This document shows positions 41,317 to 51,880 of a stretch of DNA of 64,000 nt, one piece after another. The DNA comes from Callorhinchus milii (Eukaryota), in contig NW_024704743.1 of assembly GCF_018977255.1 (NCBI RefSeq), positions 57,972,001-58,036,000 on the forward strand, read 5' to 3'. Each line of letters starts with the position of its first letter. The stretch's first letter is position 1. The notes beneath the pieces were generated by a model that worked only from the letters and a program-made list of their open reading frames with translations, was not told the DNA's origin and searched no databases. The translations under genes and the position numbers were made by a program.

Positions 41317-42193
41317 ACATATAAAAATATAAAATAGAATCAGAATTTAAGAATTTTTCACAATTCTGCATAATCTTACATTTAAGGATAGGACAGCCTC
41401 ACTGGCAAAGACAAGGTAGAATCTTGGATCTCAAGTGTAGAATCTAAATTTCCCCCTAACAGTACTATTGGTGAATTGTAATTTGTTGTGCTCATGGATG
41501 AAAACAGCAAATGAGGAATTCATGAATAGATGGAAGCCAATTGAAGCAGGGAAGACAATTTGCCTCTATGTCTGAAACTTCTCAGACATGGAAATATAGA
41601 GTTATGCTTAGGTTAAGTGTTGAAACCTTTGGCCTTCAGACGAGTTAGCTATGCTCAGAGTAGGCAGTACATTATGTCTTCAAGTACTGCAGCTTTATTA
41701 TAACAATTTGCTTGCATTTGATACAGTGCCTTTAAAATTGGGAGAATGTCTCCTAGCACATCACAAGATATACTGTAAAGCATAGTAACTGTATATTTTG
41801 TTGCAGTCAATTTGCTTACAGCAATGCCTAACAGAGTTAATCGCTCAAATCATAACTGGCTTGGGAAAACATTGTTTTTGCTGGTTACTAATTTAGGATT
41901 CTGTATTGGTTGTTCTGTCCTTCTATTGAATTGATTTGCTTTATTAGTTAAGATACAATGTTTACAACAGAACCATCCACATCAGCAATAATATTCTAAT
42001 TCAAAATACTAACCTTCTAACATGGTGAAATTAATAAACAACTCTCCACTGAACCATCCTATCATTCACCGTGTTCAGAGTGTCTATTTCATGAACACAA
42101 TGATTAAAATATTTAGCATTTGCAATGACATGCAACTGAAATAGTTTGACTATAATACATCTTTTCAAGTGCTGAAGATGAGATTTTGTTTTG

Positions 42194-43591
42194 GTCGATA
42201 CCGTGGACCACTCCATCCTCCTCCACTGCCTCTCCTCTCACCTCAACCTTCAAGATTGTGTCCTTGAATGGTTCAGGTCTTATCTCTCACACCGCCTCCA
42301 ATTTGTCTTCACCAACAGTTTCTCTTCCAGCCCCTACACAGTCTTGTGTGGTGTTCCTGAGAGCTCTGTCCTCGGTCCCCTCCACTTCAACCGCTATGCT
42401 CCCTCTTGGTGACGTCATCCGCAGACATGAAGTCAACTTCCACAAGTATGTGGATCACACCCAACTCTATCTCTCTGCCTCCACCCTTGATTCCAGGACA
42501 ACTGATGTCCTGACAGACTATCTGTCTGACATCAAGTCCTGGGTTATAGCCAACTTTCTACAGCTGAATGTCAGCAAGACCGAGGCCCTCCTGATTGGCT
42601 CCCGTCAGCGTCTCCACACCTCAGACATTGGCAGCATCAGCATCCACAGTTGCCCACTCCACCTCACCAAGCCAGTTAGGAACTTGGGCATCATGTTGGG
42701 CACCAAGTAGAGTCCTGTAGCTCAGTGGTTAGAGCACTCGCTTTGCAAGCGAGAGACCTGAGTTCAATTCCAGGCAGGGCGAAACCTTGGGCAAGTTTCC
42801 TTACTCCACACAGAGCCTAATAATAATCCCTCCAAAACCAAAAACAATAATAAATTGGTCATTTTCAATCTACGACTGTTTGTGGGACATTGCTGTGCGC
42901 AATTGGCTGCCGCGTTCGCCCACAAATATGCAATCAATTCACTTTACAGTGTGTTCTGTGAAGCGCTTTGGGACGTCCTCCCAAAGTGAAAAGCGCTATA
43001 TCAAATACAAGGATTATTATTATGTTCGACCCTCAACTGTCCTTTCTTACTCATATCCGTGTCATGACCCGCTCTGCCTTCCCCTACAACATTGCCCGAT
43101 TCCGCCTCACCCCTTAGGCCGTCAAAACCCTCGGACATGCATTCGTCACCTCAAGGCTCAAATACGGAAACACCCTCCTTGTCGGCCTCCCCAACTCTTC
43201 CCTCCACAAGCTGCAGATCATCCAGAATTCTGCAACTCGTGTCCTCTCCCGCACCAGGTTCCATAACCCCATCACCCCCACCCTCACCCGGCTCCTTGAA
43301 GGCACGACTCAAGACTCTCCTTTTTGACCATGGGGAGAGAGGGGGCAAGGGGTAGGTATTGAGGGAGAGTGTTCCACAGCTTTGGGGTATAGTGATTGAA
43401 AGCGCGACCTCCAATGGTACAAGGATGTGAGGGACAAGTAGGAGGCTGGTGCTAGTCGAACGGAGGTGTCAGATGGTGGATTGGGGAGTGAGGTGGTTAG
43501 AGAGGTAGGTAGGGAAGTGCTAGGTAGTGAATGGATTAGAACATGAGTGTGAGTATCTTGAAATTGATCCATTCGGTGCTAGGGAGCCAGT
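42194..43591. mobile_element. L2 (+) interrupted by a SINE at 42710-43023, followed by an opposite-strand L2 piece up to the gap
   Basis: RT motifs resume on both sides of the SINE. Confidence 0.85.
42710..43023 (+). mobile_element. Full-length tRNA-Ala-derived SINE nested in an L2
   Basis: Near-identical to 45284-45619. Confidence 0.92.
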
Positions 43592-43616
43592 NNNNNNNNN
43601 NNNNNNNNNNNNNNNN
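43592..43616. other. Assembly gap (25 N)
   Basis: Run of N; true size unknown. Confidence 1.
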
Positions 43617-43848
43617 AGTTAGTACCCACAATATTCTGATCCATTGGGAGAGCAGAGGATCAGGCCGACATCTGACAATACAGTCAGGACACAGCTGAGT
43701 GTGCAGTGTCCAGGAATCAAACGGGAAAGCATTCCTTATTATATGGGGTCGGTGCAGTATTATTCAATACTACCTCTGATGGTCCGACCATTTGTGTGTC
43801 ATTGCACCTCTCTCTTTAAGGAGTTTGCGTCAGTTTAAACCCACTCAC

Positions 43849-43969
43849 TCACTCCTCTGGTAACACTTTTTATTTCAGTTGCATTTAAATTCAGGGTCCG
43901 GGGACGCACACACCCGCTCCTCTCAGGGCGGGTGACCTTGTGTGGGTGAGGATTGTGACTCTGCCCCAT
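43849..43969 (-). CDS. PHF14: PHF14 candidate exon 1 coding part (putative 40-aa N-terminal extension MGQSHNPH...TRGV)
   Basis: Two overlapping GTGAGT donors on the minus strand (exon ending at 43853 or 43849). With the 43849 donor, the ATG at 43969 (context GTCATGG) is in frame with exon 2. It lies next to the GC-rich promoter shared with NDUFA4. No transcript evidence. Confidence 0.45.
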
Positions 43970-44100
43970 GACCTTCACATGACAACAGTAACGACAACAA
44001 ACCGCAGTGCAGTGCAGTGCAGGTGGCGGAGGCTGTCCCGGGGCTTTGCACATCTCTGAGGTGACCTCTGCGGGGTGTTGGCTTGAGCAGGAGGGGAGGC

Positions 44101-44408
44101 AGCCCAGCACAGCACAGCCCAGCACAGGATAGCACAGCCCAGCACAGCATAGCCCAGCACAGCACAGCATAGCCCAGCACAGCACAGCCCAGCACAGCAC
44201 AGCACAGCCCAGCACAGCATAGCACAGCACAGCACAGCATAGCCCAGCACAGCATAGCCCAGCACAGCACAGCCCAGCACAGCATAGCCCAGCACAGCAC
44301 AGCATAGCCCAGCACAGCCGAAGAACAGCACAGCCCAGCCCAGGACAGCCCAGCCCAGCCCAGGACAGCCCAGCCCAGCCCAGGACAGCCCAGCCCAGCC
44401 CAGCCCAG
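44101..44408. repeat. Pentamer array (AGCAC/AGCCC/AGCAT)n
   Basis: Direct reading; period 5 with higher-order variants. Confidence 0.97.
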
Positions 44409-44554
44409 GAGGCAGTGAGGGAGCTCACGTACTGAGCATCACATTACATCGCATTGCATTATTGCATTACAATACGTACTGCGGATTGGGAACTCGGAGA
44501 CGCAGTGACATTGAGGTTCCCTGAGAGTGAGAGTGAGAGCAGCGCTGTACCCTC
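44409..44554. promoter_or_regulatory. Unique core between the arrays, probable PHF14/NDUFA4 bidirectional promoter core
   Basis: Non-repetitive DNA between the two arrays, with several CpGs and an inverted CCAAT (GATTGG, ~44484). Positional inference only. Confidence 0.5.
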
Positions 44555-45064
44555 CCAGCCCAGCCCAGCCCAGCCCAGCCCAGCCCACCAGCCCCACAGC
44601 CAGCCCAGCCCAGCCCAGCCCAGCCCAGCCCAGCTCAGCCCCACAGCCAGCCCAGCCCAGCCCAGCTCAGCCCCACAGCCAGCCCAGCCCAGCCCAGCCC
44701 CACAGCCAGCCCAGCCCAGCCCAGCCCAGCTCAGCCCCACAGCCAGCCCAGCCCAGCCTAGCCCAGCTCAGTCCAGCCCATAGCCCAGCCCAGCTCAGCC
44801 CACAGCCAGCCCAGCCCAGCCCAGCCCAGCTCAGCCCCACAGCCAGCCCAGCCCAGCCCAGCCCCACAGCCAGCCCAGCCCAGCCCAGCCCAGCTCAGCC
44901 CCACAGCCAGCCCAGCCCAGCCCAGCCCAGCCCAGCCCAGCCCAGCCCCACAGCCAGCCCAGCCCAGCTCAGCCCCACAGCCAGCCCAGCCCAGCTCAGC
45001 CCAGCTCAGCCCAGCCCAGCCCAGCTCAGCCCAGCTCAGCCCAGCCCAGCCCCACAGCCAGCCC
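44555..45064. repeat. Pentamer array (CAGCC)n with CAGCT and CCCACAGC variants; minus strand reads (GGGCT/GAGCT)n
   Basis: Direct reading; ends about 17 nt before the NDUFA4 ATG. Confidence 0.97.
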
Positions 45065-45081
45065 GACAAGCGCCTCCAAAC

Positions 45082-45123
45082 ATGCTTCAGTTCGTGTGGC
45101 ATCAAGTCAAGAGGCACCCAAGC
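45082..45123 (+). CDS. NDUFA4: NDUFA4 (COXFA4) exon 1 coding part (MLQFVWHQVKRHPS)
   Basis: ATG in context AACATGC, 42 coding bp, gtaagt donor. The K/R-HPS motif is typical of the family. Confidence 0.9.
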
Positions 45124-45283
45124 GTAAGTAGGCACTTTTTCCTAATTGCTAAGGAAAAATAAACACACTTTCCCCTATTATTTCTCCTTATTTCGTTTGC
45201 CACTCGATTGGTGTCATTTGACCTGCCAAGCCTGTTATTTTTCGGAGAGAGACAGAATGATCCAGGATCAACCAGATTTATAT

Positions 45284-45590
45284 GGAGTCCTGTAGCTCAG
45301 TGGTTAGAGCACTCGCTTTGCAAGTGAGAGACCTGAGTTCAATTCCAGACAGAGGGCGAAACCTTGGGCAAGTTTCCTTACTCCACACAGAGCCTAATAA
45401 TAATCCCTCCAAAATCCAAAAACAATAATAAATTGGTCATTTTCAATCTACGACTGTTTGTGGGACATTGCTGTGCGCAATTGGCTGCCGCGTTCGCCCA
45501 CAAATATACAGTCAATTCACTTTACAGTCTATTCTGTGAAGCGCTTTGGGACGTCCTCCCGACGTGAAAAGCGCTATATCAAATGCAAGG

Positions 45591-45619
<29 letters not shown>
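45284..45619 (+). mobile_element. Full-length tRNA-Ala-derived SINE
   Basis: A box TAGCTCAGTGG, anticodon loop with TGC, B box GAGTTCAATTCC, L2-like stem-loop, (TAT)n tail. Confidence 0.92.
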
Positions 45620-45622
<3 letters not shown>

Positions 45623-46071
45623 GATCAAAGCAAATATCAAAGTATGGACATTTGAGATAAAAGTGTTTTTAATTTCAGGAATTTGAACTAAAAAAGCACT
45701 GAAACTGTAGAATTCCTCTACATTACTGTATGACCTCTAGGAATGCTAATTTACTGTTGTCTTGGAGATGGAGTTCTGCGTTATTTCTAGCATTTTTAGG
45801 CTTTATTTCACTAAAGTGGGTCACATTTTTAAAAATCTGAACGAGTCCTGCTTCTAACAAGCAATGTGTAACAGATCTGGTTCTATCCATTGAATAGGAC
45901 ATAATTAATGTATTAACTTATGTTTTGGATAGATAAGGATAAGGACATCTTCTTTGTTATTGAATTATAAATGTGAATATTAAGGGAAATAAATAAGATG
46001 AAAAAATACTCAATCTGTTATCTAGCTCATGTAACCATGCAAACCAAAGCCCTGACAGGTAGGATAGACGT

Positions 46072-47395
46072 ACAACAACTTGCTCTTATATAGCGCCCTC
46101 CATGCAGGGTAGTGTTTCAGAGCGCTTAACACTGCTCAAAGCATTCTGAGATGCCGCCCGGCATAGAGGACGCTATGTAAATGCAAGTTGTTGTTGTTGT
46201 TGTTAGCAGTGGCGCAGCTGATTCCAAGCCGGGGGGAGTGTGGAGGTGACCATAAGCATGGTCGAAAAGGCAAGTTTTCAGGCAGGACTTCAGAAAAGGA
46301 GAGAGAAGGGGCAAAGCAGAGGGATTGAGGGAGAGTGTTCACAGTTTTGGGGCGTAGTGGCTGAAAGCGCAACCTCCAATGGTGGAGCAAAAGGTGCGAG
46401 GGACAAGTAGGAGGCCAGTGCCAGTCGAATGGTGGTGCCAGGGGTGGATTGGGGAGTGAGGAGGTCAGAGAGGTAGGGAGGTACCAGGGAGTGAATGGAT
46501 TTGAACACGAGTGTGAGGATCTTGAAGTCGATCCATTCGGTGTTGGGGAGCCAATGGAGCCTGGCCAGAACTGGTGAGATGTGGGTACGGAGTTTGGTCC
46601 GGGTCAGTATGCGGGCAGCAGAATTCTGAATGAGTTGGATTTTTTGAATAGTGGAGCTGGGGAGACGAGCGAGGAGTGTGTTTGAGTAATCCAAGCGGGA
46701 GTTGACAAATGCATGAACGAGGGTTTCAGCTGCATTTTGGGTAGGGAGTTAGGAGGTCGCAGAGATAGGGTGGAGCGAGGCCCTGCTCGGGTCTGAAATG
46801 CTGTACACCGTCCAGCGCCTTGGGACATCCTCCCGACGTGAAAGGCAATATACAAATGTAATCTTGTTGTTGTTCTTGTACGGTTGATGTCAGGCAATGT
46901 GGTGGAGGTGGAGGAAGGTGGTCCTGGTCAGAGACCAGGTACATCACCGGGAGGAAGGACAGCTAAGGGTTGAACCGGACGCCTAGATTGTGCACTGGTT
47001 CAGTGAGTTTGAGGAAGAGCCCAGGGAGGTTGAGGAATTTAGATCCGCAGGAGTGAAGATGTTGATTGAAGCCAAAGAGTATGGCTTCCATCTTGTCGAC
47101 ATTCAGCTGCAGGAAGTTTGCACTCATCTAGGCCCTGTTGTCTGCTAGACAAGCTGATAGAACATTGGCAGACCTGGAGTTGATACTGGAGGACACAACG
47201 TAGATTTGTGTGTCATCCGCATACATGTGAAAGTTTAACCTGTGTCTGTGAATGACATCACCCAGAGGGGGAGCATATAGATGAGGAAAAGAAGGGGTCC
47301 AAGGATGGAGCCCTGGGGTACCCTGCAGGTAACTGGGCATGACAGAAGGAGAAAGTATTTGCTGAGATGAAGTGGAGGTGGTTGGTTAAGTATAA
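46072..47395 (-). mobile_element. L2 LINE (second subfamily) with a nested short L2 insert at ~46740-46875
   Basis: YADDTQIY, DYSNTLL and LHWLP motifs; two tandem tails at 46072 and 46180. Confidence 0.88.
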
Positions 47396-47832
47396 TGGTC
47401 CTAGCTGGACAAGCAGCCGGAAAGCTTGCTGGACAGCAAAGTTAATGGCAAGCTATACAGTCTTAGCTGGTTGGACTCCAGCAGTACCCCAATGCACACT
47501 CAGGCTTGGCTCTTGCCAACCTGCGCCTAATAATTTCCAGAATTAGGCAAGCATGATGCATCCCTTCAGGGAGAGAGTGCGGATTCCATTTCAACAATCT
47601 ATCTCTGGGATTTCTATGTGTAGGTGGGATGCATGGAAATCTCAATTTGGTTTGAGTACTCTTGAGCATGGTGATGGGTTTCCGCATGTGTCAGAATCTG
47701 GCTGACCAAAAAAAAACAGTTTGACTGTTCCCTCTCTGCTTTAATGAGGCTACATCAATTTTTTATTTTCTTTGTATGTTATGGAGAATGAAGTTAAGTT
47801 TCTGCATGTGTCAGACACCCAGCTGACCAAAG
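47395..47832 (+). mobile_element. Unclassified repeat, 3' fragment with duplicated terminus
   Basis: The terminal unit occurs twice (~47680 and ~47800). Confidence 0.78.
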
Positions 47833-50529
47833 TAAAGATTACCACACACCCTGTTAAACCATAAACATTTTATTGCTTTAATTTCCCCTCATTGATATTT
47901 ACAACATTCATGGTACCACAACAAATTGCATTTTTGTACAACACCTTTCACAGTGTTATATTCCTAGGTGCTTGACAGTCAGGGATTTAGACCTGAGCTG
48001 GGGGTTGGGATCAGGAGGGATGGAGGGCAGGGAGGGTAGGGATAGGAAGATGATTGAAGTCTCGATCAAAGAGGTGGGTCTTGAGACGGGACAATGGCAG
48101 ACGTCTATTAAAGGATTAGTTTGGCAACATTGCCCCTTATTTCCTATTCCAAATACACATAGGATATATATGTCCCCAGTCTCGGAGTCAGGCTCCACCA
48201 CTGTTAGGCGCTCTGAAACGCTACCCTGCGTGAAGGGCGCTATATACGTGCAAGCTGTTGTTGTTATATAATTCAATAGAAACCAAATTATACTGTACTT
48301 GCCATGCTATTTTATTCATTGACCTACAGTGGTGATAACATGAGTGATTTATGCTTTATCTGGGTGCACTGCTGACCTTCATTCTTCCTTGGTTGTTGCC
48401 TCTGTGATTAGCCACACCCTGGGGAATTGAATGGCTTCTGACATGAGTACACAAATGGATCTTCCAGAAATGTATCTACGCACTTAAATAGTTTACTCAC
48501 AGATACTTAGATGGTAGTTAACAGAGAATACTACAATATACAGCACCTGAACAAATTCTGAACAAATTCAATGTGGAATTTTAAAAGTCACAATATTTCT
48601 GTTTGTCACATGGTTCGCCTACAAGATGCAGTTAGTACACTTACAGTAAACATGTGTAGTATTTTGAGCCATCCTCCAGACGTGAAAGACAGCCTAGATG
48701 TAAGGATTATTATTTATTAATGTCTCTCCTAATGATGGCGATGTATGCTGGTGTGCATCTCTATAGCTACTGATGATCATCCAGGAGCTCATCATCCGTG
48801 AACTTATACAGGGAGCATCAGTCGGCTCATGGAGCATGTGACTATCACACAGCTCACATCAGCGTATACTTGCAGGAGGCCCTGGATGGGATTTTAAAAG
48901 GAAACTTGAGTGAATTTTCCCATTCCTAGCTCAACAACACTAAACCAATTTTAGGGCTGACTAGTACTACTACTAATCCTTACATTTGATATCACATTAG
49001 TAACAGTAGAGTGACTATGTATTTGTAGGTGAAAACGGCAGCCCTATTGGGCACAGCAGTGTTCCACAAACAGCCATGAAATGAATGACAATTTTATTTT
49101 GGGGAATTGTTGGCCAGGATACATGAGATAGGGATGGAGGAGGAAAATTAACTTGAAAGGTATTCGGTTAAGAAATGAAGCTATATTACAGTTGTGTTCA
49201 AAACAGAGCACACAGCCCATTTAACAAGGAAGGATATTCCTGGGAAAGTCTCCCCCTTAAAGTCTTACCCATATACATTTTGTGAAGTCTCCTGCTTGTG
49301 CATTATTCTGCCCATTACCATGACAGCATCAGAAGTTACTGGGAACACTCAGCAATACCAAACATTCCATTATCAAAGAAGATCTGACACTCGGTTATGT
49401 GCATTTGGCTGGCAGTTATTCATTTTGTGATGACCAGCATTAGATTTGCATCAAGAATAAAAAGAATACCTGTTGAACAACTGATGGTGTATTTTTAACA
49501 ATTTTGACATCCTGCAGAAATAGCTGAGTCACTCTGTGACCTGAAAACTCGGAGCTCCTTCTGAGTGCAGTATAATCAGAGTATTAACAGAAGCATTGGA
49601 AATACTTTTCCAAAGAGAACTCTTAATTTTAAATAGAAAATAGTCATGCAATGCAATGCTGAGTCGACTTTTTAGCATTACAGTCTGTATTCCACACTGT
49701 TTAATTCCTAGCCATTGGGAATTTGGACGCTCAAACAGACAGGACGTTGTCAGAAACTCTATTTTCATTCAGTGGTTGATGGCCAATTTCAATTTTAAAA
49801 TAAATTCAGTCACATCGTTTAAATATTCATATGTATTCAATCACAAAGTTAAAATATTCATAATGTCAAATTTAATTCTAATAATAACTGCATTTGATAT
49901 ACTCTCTTATGACATCAAAACATCACAATGTACTTAACATATTTAGTTACGTTGAATAACACGTAGTGACTTTTGTGTTCGGTAAATAAAACAGCTAATC
50001 TGCATCAGCAATGACCAATAAGCAGCAATGACATGAATTCCAATATTGATAAGGGAGGAATGTTGATAGGGGACCCTGAGAGAACTCCTGCTCTGGTAGG
50101 AAATGGTGGAATGATATTTCATATCCAAGTGAGCAGGCAACTGAGACCTAAGTTCAGTGACTCACCTGAAGTGCAATGCCACCGGCAATGCAAGAACTTC
50201 CTCAGTACTGTATTGGAGTGTCAGTCTGAACCGAGAGTTACCAACTGAGCCAAATTGACATTATCGGGTTTAAAAGTGCTATTTGGCAAAATAGCATGGC
50301 AAATGGTGACTCTTGTCGGAAATAAAATGCCTGACGATGTAAAGTGCATCTAATCAGAGAACCCCATAAATGTCCCGTAAAAACTTTGCTTTGATGTAAG
50401 ATTGCATCAGAACTGAATTCTTGTGAGTCTGTGACTTTCCCTTTATCATGGACTTAAGAGCAAAATCATCAAAATATCCTAGGCCACGTATTCCTCCTCC
50501 CCACTTTCTCTCCTGTTCACTCCCTCTGC

Positions 50530-51880
50530 CCTGCACGCATTTGCCCCCATTCCCCTCCAACCCTCTCCACCATCAGCAACCACATGAAGCATATCATCTG
50601 CTTCCTTAGTCTCCTCCCACCAAGCTGCTGACCTCCCAATCGGCCATCCTCCAACCCCAGCTGGAGGACATAGTCAATCTCTCCCTCTCTTCCAGCATTG
50701 TCCCCTCCCCATCAACACCGCCATCATTACCCACTTTCTCAAAAATCTACCTTTCCCTCCAAACTCCAAATACTGACCTATCTCCATCTTGGTCTGCAAT
50801 GTATAATTGTCATTCAACTTTGCTCCCACCTTCTTTCCCTCTACTCCCTGACCAATGCTCTCCAGCCCAGCTTCTGCCCACCCACAGCTTTGAGACAACC
50901 CTTATCAAAGTCAGCAATGATGTACTCTTTTTCTGTGACCAGGGCTCTCTCTGCCTTCTTATTCTACTCAACCTCTCTGCTGCTTTTCATACTGTTGACC
51001 ACTCAATAGTGCTCGATCGTCTTTTTTCTCTCAGTTGTTAGTCGATTGGCAGATCGCTTTTCCAGGGGTAATAATCCCTTCAAAAAAATAATAAAAACAT
51101 TATTATTGTGGCAGTATTCCATAAACAACCACTCAATACATGGCTATTTGTGGGACACTGCTGTGTGTAATTGGCTGCCACGTTTTGCCCACAAAATACA
51201 CTCAAATTCACTTCACAGTATATTCTGTGAAGAACTTTGAGACGTTTCGAAGATGTTATAAGGTCCTATATCAAATGCAAGGATTATTATTATTATTATT
51301 ATTATTATTATCCACCTCTATGGAACTGCATTGTCCTAATCCTAAATAACCCACTAACTCCACTTTGTCTACTACAATACTTTCTCCTCCTGTCTATGTT
51401 CACTTGTGTAGTACCTCAGGGATCTATCCACAGTGCCTTCCTTTTCCTTATCTACATGCTCCCTTTTTAGTGATATCATCCATCCACATGTATATAGATG
51501 ACACCCAGATTTATTTATCCACTCTACCCTTAATTTCAGGTCTTCTGATGTTCTGTCCACCTGTCTGTGAGACATCAAGCCCTAGTGGAGCCTCAATTTT
51601 AGCTCCACATGGACAAGACAAAAGCTATCCTCATCAGCTCCTGCCAATGTCTCATCACTTCTGGCTCTGACCTCCTCAACGACTCCGACCTCTCTCTCAC
51701 ACTCACTGAATTAATACAATGAGTACAATTTACATTTATATAGCGCCTTTCCCATGGTGAGGTCTCCAAGTGTTTAAAGTGTGCAATCTTGGTGATCCTC
51801 AGTTCTTTTTCCACCTGGACCTCTACACCCTGCTTCTCCCTCTGCTTAGCAAACACAGCCTTCAACTCTCTCCACCCTCA
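50530..51880 (+). mobile_element. Old L2 interrupted by a SINE 3' part (51036-51310)
   Basis: HSFETTLIKVSND, LNLSAAFHTVDH, VVPQGS and YIDDTQIY remnants. Confidence 0.75.

Noticed and set aside
44101..45064. Genuine Ig switch region or CRISPR-like array
   Set aside because: There are no Ig exons nearby and no unique spacers. It is a simple pentamer satellite between housekeeping genes.
43835..45162. Cys-rich or SPAQP-repeat proteins as independent genes
   Set aside because: They are translations of a stop-poor simple repeat in several frames.
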